From Gouania willdenowi (taxonomy: Eukaryota): a stretch of 64,000 bases of DNA. Positions 39,001 through 51,921 of this stretch are shown here, one piece after another. The stretch's first letter is position 1. Every line of letters starts with the position of its first letter. The stretch is from assembly GCF_900634775.1 (NCBI RefSeq), contig NC_041060.1, forward strand, positions 14,597,051 through 14,661,050. Direction: 5' to 3'. The position numbers were made by a program, and so were the translations under genes. The notes beneath the pieces are model-generated. The model did no database searches, was not told the DNA's origin, and saw nothing but the letters and a program-made list of their open reading frames with translations.

Positions 39001-42000
39001 TATGTGCACCCCTAGGGGTACGCGATGGCCTACAGGGGGTACTTGAGAGAGTGGAAAATTAACAAATAAGTGTCAGTGTTGGTCCCACTCCAGGGGTGAT
39101 ATGACCCAAAATAATAAAAACTACAGAAATAAATCTTTTCAGGAGATACTCAAAAGGTGTTTTTCAACCTTGTGGAGGGGTCGCTTAAAATTTCAGAAAA
39201 ATTTAAATAGATTTTTGAAATGTTTTAATTATTATTAAAAATATTTTTTATTTAAACACACAGTTTTCATCAATTGTATGTCTATATTTTCACTTTGCAA
39301 AACATGAATCTAGTTCAACTAAAATGCAGTAAAAAATAAAATATATATGAGCTCAAACATGATCAAAAACTCATAAATAAAAAAAAAAAGTCTTTGTGGT
39401 TGCTGGAAATTCTTGATATCAAAATAGGGTCACGATCCAAAACAGGTTGGGATCCACTGCAGTAAACACTGTTTATTTCCACTTATTTACAAAATGAGAT
39501 TATTTAAAATGTGTGTTATCACTCATTCATTCCATCATTATTCTCTATAGTTGTTTTTAATTAGTTTTCTAAGCAAAATGATGTCGTCGAACAAAGGAGG
39601 TACTTAGATTCAGAAAAAAGAGAAAGAGGGTACTTGAGCCAAAAAAGTGTGATTGTAGGGGACATGACATGTATGGATGGGCTGCGTTCTATGATGCAGT
39701 AGTAGAGGAGGTCATCAAGAGTCAACTCTGTACCATTTTGACACTTTCACATCCTTAAAGAGTAACTAAACCCTAAAACCACTTTTTTCTGCTGAATACA
39801 ACCGTATTTGGGTATAAAGTAGTGCTGTTGACTGATTCTGGTCCAACTCTATAAACATGTAGTTGTAAAATGTCAGAGTGACTGCCCTCTATGGGTTGAA
39901 ACCTGGCTATTACAATAGATTTTTGCTCATGGCTGAGAACTTGATCATGTGGCGTTTTGGGACCATCTTGTGTCACAAACAAGCATTGTTAGCCCCGCCT
40001 CTTTTATAAAAACTAGCACTTGTGGGCTCTACAGTCTGTGGTGAGCAGGTAGTGAATAAGTGATGACATATTTTAAAGAATCTAATTTTGTAAATAAGTG
40101 GAATAGAACAGTATTTAGTGCCTCCTGAATAGATCTATTTCTATAGTTTGTATCATTTCCTGTCATTCCCACCTGTAGTGGGACCAAGTCTGACCCTTGT
40201 ATTTTCAGTTCATGTTCTAATCAAGATCATTTTGTGTATTTTGTTGTTTGTCTGTTCTTTTTATTATTCAGTATATTGTTTTTGTCATTTCTGTGTTGTT
40301 GGTGTTATTTAAAGTTTTCTTTCTCTTTGTGTGTGTTTCTGGTGCCGTTTGGTTGTTTCTTATGTCGTTGTGTACGTTTCTCTGTTATTTTTGTGCATTT
40401 TGTCTGTTCTTTGTATTATTCAGTATATTTTTTCTCATATTGTGTTTTTGTTGTCGTTCTGTGAGTTGCTGGTAATATTTTGTGAGATAATAATCTTTCT
40501 ATAAAAGCAAGGAACGTCTCCGTGTGTGTGTAGCGAATATCTCTCCGACGCAATGCGAGTTCGACCTGAAACTTAGTCGACGGCTTCCAAATACCCCGAG
40601 TTTGTGTATTTGTTATTTTGGAGTAATTTGGTCATTTCTAAATGTTTATTTTAATTTTATTTCACTTCTGGACAGCCCCGAAATGAAACCTATTCAACTT
40701 TTGACCGCAGGGTTTGAGGGGGCGCTAGCGCACCATCTATAGCTATTTCACGGCACAGCTCCACACCCGAGCAAGAGTCACGTGTGCGGCCACTCCTCCT
40801 CCACTTCCTCCTGTGATATGTTATCGTTAGCTTCTCAAACACGGAGCTCTCTGAATAGATCATTTGAAACCGTCAGCCACTGGTGAGTCTTTTGCAGACA
40901 CGTTTCCCATTGTTTAAACCACATAACTGTCCGTGTAATTGCTCAATAACGCGCTGTTTCACTAGAGTCGGTATTGAACTCAACCCGTTCAATACTCCAT
41001 CTGGAAAACTGCAGATTCTCGGTGGTGCCGTGCATGGAAGCGAAGCTCTGACCACTCTTTTTGAAGGTTATGATTTTTGTTTTGTTTTTTTTAAAAAAAA
41101 AAAAAAAGACAGCCGAATTGTAGATAATACTTTAATTTACTTACTCAGTCATGTAGTTTGGAGTTCTACATTCTGTTTTGCGCAGTTTTGTTGTTTTTCT
41201 GATTGGCGCTACAATCGCTATGGAGTTTGGATATCAGCGTCTCAAACATGTCACGGAGCACACACACACACGGTATTTGTTTATTTATTTATAATCAAAA
41301 TATACTAAATGTGTAAAATAAAACAAAAAAACTAAACAATGTTTACTTAAAGTTCACACAATTACAACAGAAATGCATAAAAATACACAAAATGACAAGA
41401 GAATCACACTACAATGGCAACAAAAAACTATAATTATACAAAAACACAACAGATAGATACAAAAATAGACACAATGACTCCAAAAAACATACATTGCAGA
41501 AAAATACACCAAACAAAAAAAATGTAAAAGTGAGTGGAAAAAAAAAACAAACATTTATCATGTTCATGTCTCATAGAATTAAACCAGGGAAATCATACAC
41601 ACTATTTTACGTTGCACCCACAAAGAAACCCCTTTATAACACTACAGAGTACAGAGTATGTAGACCTCTTTGTACATCCAACCTTCAAACACATACTCAT
41701 TTGGCCATAATTGACAACTACTTAAGCCCCCACTATATGAATACATACTTTGGACGGGCACTGTACTAGCAACCAAAAACAATCATACAAAAAATGCATT
41801 GTTTCCCAAACTTTTTTTGCTCATGTACCCCTATCATCAAAATAATAATTTTTAATTAAAATAGACATTATAAAACCCCCTTTTTTCTCTCTCTCAAGTA
41901 CCCCGTCGTGCCATCACGTACCCCCATTTGAGAAACACGGGTTTTTTCAAGAACTTTTAGAAAACTGGTCCATGGAAACACCAGGAGAATTTAGCACTCA

Positions 42001-42329
42001 GATAAAATTTGTAAATAAAATCTATTAAACCTAGAGCAGTTTAAAGTTGAATATTTCTAAAAACTGGAAAATGTTAACCGTAAAACTAACAGAAAAAAGC
42101 TCAAACTACCAAAATTTTGTGTCTTTTTACGTTGTGGCATCATCTTCAAAGGTCTTAAAAGTAACGAGCTCATTTTTAAAATGTAAGGAGTAAAAAGTAC
42201 AAATGTTTGTTTAAAAAAGTAAGGAGTAAAAGTAAAAAGACTGCCACTAAAACTAAATAAAAATTTGCTGTCAAAATGAACACTGCAACAGAAACAGGGA
42301 TGAAGAACGCCAGTGATAACATTGGACAT

Positions 42330-42460
42330 AATAGTAAATCATTCAAAGTTTTACTCATTAGTGAGTTTCTCCATAAATATGAAATACATCTGAAAATTTG
42401 AGAATTAATGAAGTTTATTGTTGCCTTACCAGAGTGAGTCCTGAAATGCATTTCCAGACT
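42330..42460 (-). pseudogene. Unit A pseudo-copy of ZBTB41 exon 8 carrying a nonsense change (GGA to TGA, i.e. EFKG becomes EFK-stop)
   Basis: B has gaatttaaaggaaag at about 55745; A has gaatttaaatgaaag at about 42458. The reported ORF 42176..42451 begins just after this stop. Confidence 0.65.
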
Positions 42461-43305
42461 GGACTTTCATTTAAATTCTTTCTTGCAAACTTCACATTGA
42501 TGTATGGCAGTTTTATACCTGAGTACAGAAGAATAAAAATATACACTAAGCACAAAACCAGGTACATTTAACCAGTGCATGCTAATACTGTAAAAAAGAA
42601 AAAATATCTATTCTGCAAGTCCAGCATCACTATCATCCTTTGTAGTGTTTCAGGACATGTAATGGGTGAGATGCTGGACTTCCTGCCACACTCGCTGTGT
42701 GATTTTTTTTTTTTTTTTTTTTTATATATATATACCTTCACGGTAAGATGGAGATAGCAAAGAGGCAGGGTTTATTTTGATACATAATTTCAAAAGGCAA
42801 AAGTTAAATTGGTCACTACACTTTATTTATTTACCATTAACCATGAAATCAAGTATTTCAAAATAAAAGGCTAATTTATACAATTTAGCTTGATGGTATT
42901 TAGAAAACTTTATTACTGTCTTTGGTTTGAATAGACAGACTGTTTTGAAGTAAGAAAACATTTACTACCTTAAACTGATGCAGTTGTACAAATAGAAAGT
43001 AATAATTAGTTTTCAAACAAGATTTATATGGATATAAGGATTTATATTTGTCTTGTTGTTTTTATATTACCATGTGCTTTTATTGGGTCAAATTGCACTG
43101 CTACATGTTTATATGTCGTTATATGTTTTTATGTACTATGCACTCTTGTGTTTTGTTGTGACTTGTATGTCTTTTATGCTCCCCATATCTTTGCACTCTG
43201 AGTCACATATATTGGGGACAAATAAAGTTGGTGATTGATTGATTAAAAAAGAGTATTAGACTAAAACTTAAGTTGTATTTTATTCATGCAGTCTTTGTCC
43301 TTTAG

Positions 43306-43484
43306 GTGAAAATGCACGCCTCCCCACCAACTGTTGCAAATGGAACATACAGAAAAAACCTAAATGGCTGGTATGAGGAAAACAATGTGATTTCTATAAC
43401 GTGCAACAAAGGATATGAACACAGGCCAATACTCAACAGCCAAATGTTTGGGAGGAGTGTGGTCTTCTTTGCCTTCATGTCAGC
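43306..43484 (+). pseudogene. Unit B copy of sushi exon 32759..32939, with a 2-bp deletion (gaacacacagg to gaacacagg) that frameshifts it
   Basis: Direct comparison with the A copy; the ORF reads ...KGYEHRPILNSQMFGRSVVFFAFMSA. Confidence 0.6.
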
Positions 43485-43572
43485 GTAAGCTCCTCATTGC
43501 TTTTAAGTGTGAAGAAATCACTTTTCAGATACTCTTGGTTATCACAGTGACTCTTCTTTTTTTTTTTTACAG

Positions 43573-43748
43573 AGCTTATCCATTCATGCCTGGAGCCTCC
43601 TAAAATCCCACATACAGGAAAACGACAGTGTTTGCTGTGGACTCAAATGTGCAATATAAATGCCAGCGTGGATACACTGCAGTGGGAGGACACACCACAG
43701 CATCTGTCACCTGCAGGGATGGACAATGGATGAGACGCCCATCCTGCA
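43573..43748 (+). pseudogene. Unit B copy of the frameshifted sushi exon
   Basis: Identical frame break to 33029..33204. Confidence 0.5.
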
Positions 43749-44697
43749 GTAAGAGGACAATAACGTTCTAACTATTTGCCAGCTTTAGCTTTCTCATCAT
43801 CAACTTTAAAAAAAATCACACAATTGTATTCATTTATTTATTTTAGAGAATCATACCTGTTATTGAGATTCATTCATACATATATATACCTGCTGATCCT
43901 TTACAGCAGACATAGGCAACCCTGGATCTAATTTTGTGCGGCCCCCAAAACAAATCCTCAAAAATTGTATTTCACGAAGTTGGAAGGAATATAAAGCCCA
44001 ATATAATACACAAAATACAGTACATGAGATGTTTACTGTATGCAAGGGAATCATGACGAGATTTATTACCGACAACAAACGTGGGGGGTGAAAGTAACTA
44101 GTTTACTTTGAGTACTATTTAATTGAGCTATCTTTACTTGTACTTGAGTATTTTATGTATGACTTACTTGTACTTGACTGCAATTTCAATCAAGTAACAG
44201 TACTTCTACTTGAGTAGGATATATACTGTAAGTACTCTTTACACCTTCACGTATCACTGAAGTATATAGGCACCTACTGCTCAGAGGAGCTCCAGAGCTG
44301 CTTTCGACCTCGCACTCTCCAGACAAGCCTTGGTGCCTGTATCTGACTTTTTCATCATGTAATAATAAATGTTGTATTTATATCATGAAGATGTCAGTGG
44401 AGAATTCTTCAACCTCTTCACATCAACAAGGAAAATCCATTTATAACAACCTCTGCCCATTGGTTCAGTGGTTAGTTTTGTTTTTTTAATTAGTGACTAA
44501 TGCTTGTTTTACACAATTTACTGGCTTCTCAACATAGACATTCAATAACAGCCATTTTGGGAAATGTTTGTTATTTCCCAACTTCTTATCTCTTTGTGGA
44601 TATACCCAACAATAATTAACTGATCCACATCTGTCAGCAGCTCCAAACTCAGATTTATTCTGCATGGAGTTTATGTCCTGAAAACATGTGTGCGACG

Positions 44698-44749
44698 ATG
44701 ACTCTGCGTTTTCTCCTGCTGGGTCTGTTTGTTCTGATGCTGCAGCATG
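44698..44749 (+). CDS. CFH/F13B-family gene copy B, exon 1: signal peptide MTLRFLLLGLFVLMLQH(G)
   Basis: As copy A; phase-1 donor. Confidence 0.7.
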
Positions 44750-44832
44750 GTAAGGACCCTAAACCAAACTTTATCATGGAGAGAAACAGCTTTTTAATGG
44801 ATCTTTGTACTTCTGCGTTGTGTGTGTAGCAG

Positions 44833-45024
44833 TTGGATCAACAGTGCCATCTTGTACAGCTCCCACACTGGAGAACGGGTATTTCTACCCAAATCAGTCT
44901 CTTTATTCCAATAATCAAGTGTTGACTTATGCGTGTGATATTGGACATAAGCCAGTAGTGGAGGGATGGTGGGCTACCATCACCTGTCAGAGCGACGGAT
45001 GGTCAGATGTAGCACGGTGCATAG
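44833..45024 (+). CDS. Copy B sushi/CCP exon 2 (GSTVPSCTAPTLENGYFYPNQSLYSNNQVLTYACDIGHKPVVEGWWATITCQSDGWSDVARCI)
   Basis: Acceptor tgtgtgtagcag in phase with the signal-peptide exon; 63-codon CCP; phase-1 donor g|gtaagt. Absent from copy A. Confidence 0.75.
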
Positions 45025-46141
45025 GTAAGTGATGGATAAAATTCTAGAGAAGGGGACATCAACATGTTGCCTGCGGGCACCAGGTAGCCCATCTAAAATC
45101 TAAATTACTTTCCAGGATTCAAACTCACAAAGATAAATACAGATGTAAGATGTAGTTAGTATTTAGTAGAGTTATATACTGCTGCATGTGATAAAGTTTC
45201 AGTAAATTACCATGTGTATACGTTTATTTTCACTGAAACTTTGTGGCCAACGTTTTTAAGTGTTGCAAATTTAGTGTATGGGTATATACATGTATATATA
45301 CAGACCCTTTCCAAAAAATTAGAGTATCATGGAAAATGTGTTTCATTTCCATAATTCCAATCAAAAAGTTCAACTTTCATAGATTATATATTCAGGGCCC
45401 ACTGATTAAATGATTTCAAGTATTTATTTGTTTATTTTTACATAATTTGGGCTTCCCACTCGTAAAACCCACGAAAAATGGAGTTCAAAAAACAGAACAG
45501 AACCCAAGCTGCTTGAGGTCCAGTGTGAAATATCCAATCAGTCATGATTTGGGGTGCAATGTTCTGTTGTGTTCCTCATCCGTCTTCTTCCAAACCCTTG
45601 GACCTTGATTCCAGAATGAAAGGCACACTTTTCTTTCATCAGAAAAGAGGACCTTGAACCACTGGCAAACAGTCCAGTCCTTCTTCTCTTCTTTTTTTTA
45701 AGTCAATGGTGATTTCTTCACAATATTCAAATTTTTTTAAATTAATGTGAAACCGTGAACATTTAGTATTTAAGATACTTATTTATGGTTTTTAAACCGG
45801 TAGCCCTTTGGACTATTGAGTACTTCATACTCAATAGTACAGTACAGTTTCAGAAAGGTTGGTGACCCCTGGGTGGTTGAAAATAATGTTGTCAGCGGCT
45901 GATTTTTTTAAAGTCCTGTTCGTACTGAAATCTGGCCTCTATGGACTATCAGACTTTTTCTTCTTATTCAGAAGCTACTAAAAATACTTTGTTGCTGTCT
46001 TTTATCTAGTCCTGAACCTTTTTGGTGCTTTTGCCGAGTGCTTAAGATAAGATAATACTTTATTAGTCCCACAATGAGGAAAAATTCAAAGAAAGAGATA
46101 CAATGTTTTTTTGTTTTGTTTTTTTTTTCTTTCCCTACTCA

Positions 46142-46291
46142 GATGAAAAGGCCTGCGTTAAACCTTCCATCCCCAACTCAGAAAACATTGACATGGAAGG
46201 AAATACACTCGAATTTACATGTAAAACAGGATACGAACCACAGAGTTACAATTGTGTCGATGGTTCATGGTCTTCTATGCCTGTTTGTGCG
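46142..46291 (+). CDS. Copy B sushi/CCP exon 3 (DEKACVKPSIPNSENIDMEGNTLEFTCKTGYEPQSYNCVDGSWSSMPVCA)
   Basis: Acceptor tccctactcag, donor a|gtaagt; CCP consensus. Absent from copy A. Confidence 0.75.
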
Positions 46292-46375
46292 AGTAAGTCA
46301 ATCAGAATGACTCCAGCACATTGTGAAGCACATCATCTACTTGTTCCAATTCGAAATGATCTGCTTCTTTCACAG

Positions 46376-46567
46376 GTAACGTCCGTGCATGCGGTGAGCC
46401 TCCACAGGTCCCTCATGCAGTTGTCATTTATCAGCACTACCGGGAGGAGTTTGCTGACGGTACAATGTTGCTGTATGAATGTGAGGAAGGATACACAACA
46501 GAGAAATACGGCACAAAAGCGTCAGTCACTTGTCAGAAAGGGACCTGGACTGCAGGCCCAACATGTC
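46376..46567 (+). CDS. Copy B sushi/CCP exon 4 (SNVRACGEPPQVPHAVVIYQHYREEFADGTMLLYECEEGYTTEKYGTKASVTCQKGTWTAGPTC)
   Basis: Acceptor tctttcacag, donor c|gtgagt; 63-codon CCP. Absent from copy A. Confidence 0.75.
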
Positions 46568-46730
46568 GTGAGTAGCACACTTTAGCACACTTTTCAATGT
46601 GCTGATCCTCAGTGTTGATGCTCAGTTTATATTAAATGATTGTGTGAAATTACGTATACTTGTGATATCAAAGGCAAAAGTTTCAATTACCAGCAAATAA
46701 TGATGACATGAGATTACTATTTCCTACCAG

Positions 46731-46796
46731 GAAGAACAGTTACTGAAAATGACGGATCCACAACTGGAACTGGTGAAAGTGTCACTCCGTCTTCTG
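46731..46796 (+). CDS. Possible Ser/Thr/Gly-rich linker mini-exon, copy B (RRTVTENDGSTTGTGESVTPSS)
   Basis: Same reasoning as 34338..34403. Confidence 0.3.
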
Positions 46797-46959
46797 GTGT
46801 TGGATGTGAGTTTCTTTTTTATTGTAGACATTAATAATGTCTGTAAAATGCCATTTTGGTGTTCCTTCAGGAGCAGATCACGTAGAATCCCAACAGAGGG
46901 CAGGATTCAGTCAAACAGCCATAAATCTACCAACATGTGGGGTGCTGAATGTAAAACCT

Positions 46960-47830
46960 TGGTCACTGTTTCAAAGCCGACATATTTTGAACATTTAATT
47001 CATTTTCTTCACGTTTAGCTAAATTTCTTCACATTTAGCTAATTTTCTTCACATTTAGCAAACTTTTCATTCATTTAGAGCAAATTCATGTAAAACAGCA
47101 TGTTCTGTCATTGGTAAAAATGTGTAAACATGAAAAATAAATCTATATATAAATGTTAAATGTAAATCTAAATGTTAAATTGTCACCAGTGCAAAGCTAA
47201 ACGTTTAGAAATTATACAAAGATCACGAGGCCCCGCCCACACTCCACACACCACACCCTCCCAGGTCTTCTGCATCATCAGTATTTTCATCACTGGCAAA
47301 AGTGAGTTGACATACAGCATGCCGCCGGTACTCTCAGTGATTCCACGTCTGTTAAACTGTCTGAGGGCAGTTATCTACACATTCTCTCGGCTGGTGTACA
47401 GCCCGTACACCTGTCATTACCGCTCTTTTGAGTTTGTCATTTTGGAGCAATGCCGCTCTTCCCCTCTCCTCACTCACTGCCATGGTCTGTGGTGTGGGCA
47501 GGGCCTTGTGATTGACAGATGCTGACCTGCCCATTTTGCATAACTCCTAAACATTTAGCTTTACACTTGGTGGCTGATTTAACATTTAGATATAAATGTA
47601 ATGTTTAGATTTATAATTAACATTTAGATTTAATATTTACATTTAGATTGTACACATTTTTAACAATGATATAGAAAATGTTCTTCTATATGAATTTCTG
47701 TCTCAAATGTGAGGAAAGTGAGCTAAATGTTCAAAATCAGTCAGCTATGAAAAAGTGGGTGTTTTTACATTCAGCACCCCATACCAACATGTATGTCAGG
47801 AAGTCATTTGATGACCTGAGTTCATCTTTA
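46960..47830. repeat. Second copy (unit B) of the palindromic foldback element
   Basis: ORF 47172..47525 is paralogous to 34768..35121; same inverted subrepeat arms. Confidence 0.6.
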
Positions 47831-48034
47831 ATCCCGTACAAACTTGTGTTTACACTCCACCAACAACAGCTGCTCACTGTGTTCGTGGGTCATTTTTTTT
47901 TACCAACATGTCACAAAACGTAAATGTTGTACCAAAAACAATCGTCTATGATGATGAAAAGGAGACATGATTTTTCTCTATTCTCACAGAGTTTATTGCC
48001 ATAATTAATTGTTTTCCTTTTTTTTTTTTTACAG

Positions 48035-48196
48035 TGAACAGATGTGGTGAAAAGCCATTTATTACCAATGCTGAAATTGTGCAAACCGGGAGCGATTATT
48101 TGAAATACGCGTGCCCATTGTATTACAAGCTCGAGGGCCCGGACACTGTGAGGTGCTTGAATAACGGCTTGTGGACACCATTGCCATTCTGCAGAG
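48035..48196 (+). CDS. Copy B sushi/CCP exon (VNRCGEKPFITNAEIVQTGSDYLKYACPLYYKLEGPDTVRCLNNGLWTPLPFCRG)
   Basis: Paralogue of 35653..35814, with 4 nt differences. Confidence 0.7.
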
Positions 48197-48270
48197 GTAC
48201 AAACAAAAACAAACTGCTCTGATATCTTGCTTTAAAGTAAATATTAAATATTGATGTATCTTTTGCACAG

Positions 48271-48438
48271 AGGCTTTCTGCCATGTGAACACTGAGGATT
48301 ACCCCTTCTTAATAAATATACAAGCAGAATTTTTGTTGGAAGGTGAAAAGAAGAGGTTCAAGTGTGTGGAAAAATGGGGATGGTTTTCTACGTATTCAGA
48401 GTTCGAGTGCATGGATGGGATAGTGAAGCACACAGATT
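48271..48438 (+). CDS. Copy B sushi/CCP exon (EAFCHVNTEDYPFLINIQAEFLLEGEKKRFKCVEKWGWFSTYSEFECMDGIVKHTDC)
   Basis: Paralogue of 35889..36056, with 7 nt differences; donor t|gtaagt, or read-through to a stop at 48467. Confidence 0.65.
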
Positions 48439-51400
48439 GTAAGTATTACTGTCTCTCATTACATTAATGAATTCTAACATCACTCACATGGTCTTTCTCT
48501 GTGAACACATACTGATGTATAAGACACAGATGGATTTTTATAGTCATTTTTGTTTGATGGGTGTTTCATTGCAACAAGAGAATGGGTTGGAGACCATAAG
48601 GAAATTAAATGAAGTTGTGACAGTTAGCAAAATATAAAACAAAGATTTAAAGAAACAAAACTTTAACTGGAGAATGTGTCCAAACTCTGAGCATTAAGGG
48701 AGGCTTGAATTGGAATGGGACACACCTGAGGGGTATCACAGAAAGTGGGTTAAGTTCAAACTCTGAGTTTGTTCGGGCTCAAATGAGGGGAAACTCTGAG
48801 TGTCCGATTCCCGAAAACAAGGTAAGTTTTACTCTGAGTTAGTCACCATGGTAACATCCTCTGTGAACTGAACCTGCTCGCTGGCAGGTTTTGTCTAAGA
48901 AACGTTGGGTTTCTACCTGGCTCCGCCCATCTAAACACCGCTTCTCTAGGAACACTTTAGTTTACCTTGACACTCATCTCCGACCACACATTTGGAACAT
49001 CACACACTGCAGACATGCGCTCACATTGTTACAAATGTTGTGCTGCTTTAGGTTTGTTTTGTTTTTGCAAACGGTAGTTTTCTTTACTACATTGTGGATG
49101 CAGAGCATATTTAGTTAAAGGTTCTAACACCTATTATCGTCTTTTATAAAGTTCCCTGGATACAAACCTGTGCCAAATGTAAAGGTGAAATGTCAATTTA
49201 AAAAAATACACATTTAAGACTGAACATTTACATTGTTTCTGAAAAAAATCAAAGAGCAATATGAATGTTACAAGTGGATTAATACCTATTAACTGTAGAG
49301 TGTGTGTGGAAGTAGTGCAATGTTTTAGGAAGCACAGAAAATCATAGGGTCAGGGGTTCAAAATTCAACCTGGATCATCTTTTTTACAACGTCCTCTTGG
49401 GACGTCTAGAGTACATCTTTTTTGGACGTGCTGACGACTCATTTTACATGATGTAAAATGACGCGATGTCAAGCGGCCGTCACTGTCTGTAGAGCCGAGG
49501 CTGCAGCCCTCTCACTGTATCGGGAAGTTCCTCAACTTACTGGGGCCAAATGAAAGAGGAATACTCCTTGAATAACCCTTTTAAATTCTGATTATATTTT
49601 GAGTGAACTCACCCTTTAGTAACTCTGTAAGTTGATCATTTAAACTGTAAGTACAAGTGGAGCTGTCTTTGATAAGTGCTGTAAACGTACGGCTGGAGAA
49701 GAAGTGATCAGCCCTTTCAGCGCTGCTGCCGGCTCCGCAGACACAAGACTATTCATACTATTAATATTATTCCCTGGTCACCGAAAAGCGCGACAATGTT
49801 TAAGCGGCTCATCACGGGCGATTTAAGCAACTATAGTCACTGAAGTTGCGTTTTATGTGAACGCACCTTTAGAGCAGGCTCATATTCCCCAAACACCTCC
49901 TTTTTTACCCATCTGGGTGAAATAAATATCTCTCTTCCAGCTGGTTGCCATGGTAGTTTGTGTTATTTTTGCTTTATTGATGGTAGCTTTTAGGTTTACA
50001 TACTCAGATTTGATTGACCCACTTCATACCAGCTGTAATAGAATCGGATAGACTCAGAATTTGTTGAACCTCCTTTCTGGAATACTCCTCAGGTGTCAAA
50101 CATGAGGGAGCTAATGACTCACAACCTAAACACACTGACATCACTGGGAGGTGGAGACACCAGCAGGAATACCAGGGAACACAGACTCACAAGACTTAAC
50201 ACAACGATCAAAACAACTAGAAACCTAAACTACAAACAAATAAATAAACTAGGACTTACTGCAATAAACTCAGAAACCCACAGGGCTAAAAAACAAACCC
50301 TATGTTGATCTAAAATATCTGATAGCTACACTTTGTCTGAAGGCTCCAGCTAACCTCTCACTGTTTTTCTGTTTGTTTACAGGTTGTACTAAAGCTACGT
50401 TTTTAATTGTGAGTATTCCCACATTTCTTAAAACAAACACTAATGATCACAGCCGTACTTTTATAGAAAAAGTGGCAGATCTTAATTCCTAAAGGCATCT
50501 CTATGATTATGGAACCAACTTCCTGTGATTTCTTTTAGGTTAAAGCAAATCTTACAACTTTATTAGGATAAGTGTAAAGGGTTTTGAAATTTAAAGTGTG
50601 TGTGCGCGTGTGTGTCAAGAGCATTGATCTCATGTTCAATTCAACAATATAAACATGCCTTTAGCCGCATTGTGTGCTTCTATCTGTTTATCGCACAGGA
50701 AGCTGCACCCATAATCAGGAAGTATCAGCCTAATAATCAGACTTATGGGGCTCCTACACTCTATTATGTAATATTTTCATATTGTTAACTTTTACCTTCT
50801 GTTTTGTTTTTTTTGTTACAGAACAAATGCGAAGAAAGCACGATTTGACTGTGTTGTCAAATCTGAAAGGGGAGTACAGATATCTTTTTGGGATTGATGA
50901 CCCCAGTATACACAGTGAAGCTGGCACAAACCAAAGACACAAGAAAATCTACCAAACGACGTTTAGACTGAAATGGTTTCATATCTAAGGGTCGTAAACA
51001 GAGTTTGCTGCTTGTCCACCAGCCTCTGATTAACTAAAAACTTTAAGACTAGTTTCAGGAATCAACTTTTCCAGTCAGGCTACAGCGACCCTTGTATTCT
51101 TTAATATATCTACATTTAGATTCCAGACAGGAGAAATGAGTGCTTCTGTTGCAACAATGTCAAAATTGAATAAAGAAACTACTCCATTACCTTAATATCA
51201 CATTCATGTATTTATTTCCTTTAAGCACCTGTAACTCCAAATGTCTCGGTTCACACCATACGACACATGTAGAAAAACCAGCTTGTTTTCCTGAGGTTGA
51301 TCAGGAATTAGTAATTAAAGCAATACGTTTCTAGGGTATTGTCATGTAGAGCAGGGGTTCTCAAATGGGGGTATGTGCACCCCTAGGGGTACGCGATGGC

Positions 51401-51755
51401 CTACAGGGGGTACTTGAGAGAGTGGAAAATTAACAAATAAGTGTCAGTGTTGGTCCCACTCCAGGGGTGATATGACCCAAAATTATAAAAACTATAGAAA
51501 TAAATCAATTCAGGAGATACTCAAAAAACCACAAGGGTTTTTGAGTATCCCATGATACTCCCATTGAGACCCCATGTGGAGTCGCTTAAAATAAAATAGA
51601 TTTTTGAAATGTTTTATTATTAAAATATTTTTTAATAAAACACAGTTTCCATCAATTGTATGTCTATATTTTCACTTTGCAAAACATAAATCTCGTTCAA
51701 CTAAAATGCAGTAAAAAAAATAAATAGGAGCTCAAACATGATCAAAAACTCATTC

Positions 51756-51921
51756 TTTTTTTTTTTTTTTTTTGGGCTCTAGTGGCCTTTATATGACAGT
51801 TGCTTGACAGGAAAGGGATCAGAGAGAGCAGGGAATGACACGCAGCAAAGGGTCCCAGGCCGGGAATCGAACCTGGACCGGCTGCAGGTGAGGAACTACA
51901 GCCTCTGTACATGGGGCGGGC
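51756..51921 (-). mobile_element. tRNA-derived SINE, unit-B-specific insertion with a 12-bp target-site duplication aaaactcattct and a poly-A tail (poly-T on +)
   Basis: A has ...caaaaactcataaat... uninterrupted at 39375. B has aaaactcattc + T18 + SINE body (ggttcgattcccggcctgggaccctttgctgcgtgtcattccc on the minus strand) + aaaactcattct. Confidence 0.7.

Larger units (their letters stand above)
31820..42575 (+). repeat. Tandem segmental duplication unit A (about 10.7 kb): CFH-like gene copy A, foldback element, MITEs, ZBTB41 exon-8 pseudo-copy
   Basis: Colinear near-identity (roughly 97%) with 42590..55860, shown by ORF pairs 32363/43053, 33330/43860, 34768/47172, 35652/48034, 35903/48285 and 38216/50600. 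B carries three indels relative to A: 44835-46683, the 51.76-52.2 kb insertions and about 52830-54265. Confidence 0.85.

Noticed and set aside
50782-50988. ORF ...EQMRRKHDLTVLSNLKGEYRYLFGIDDPSIHSEAGTNQRHKKIYQTTFRLKWFHI after a polypyrimidine-AG (paralogue at 38445..38615)
   Set aside because: It cannot be joined in phase to the preceding CCP exon, and there is no recognisable domain. It is kept only as a possible unassigned terminal exon.
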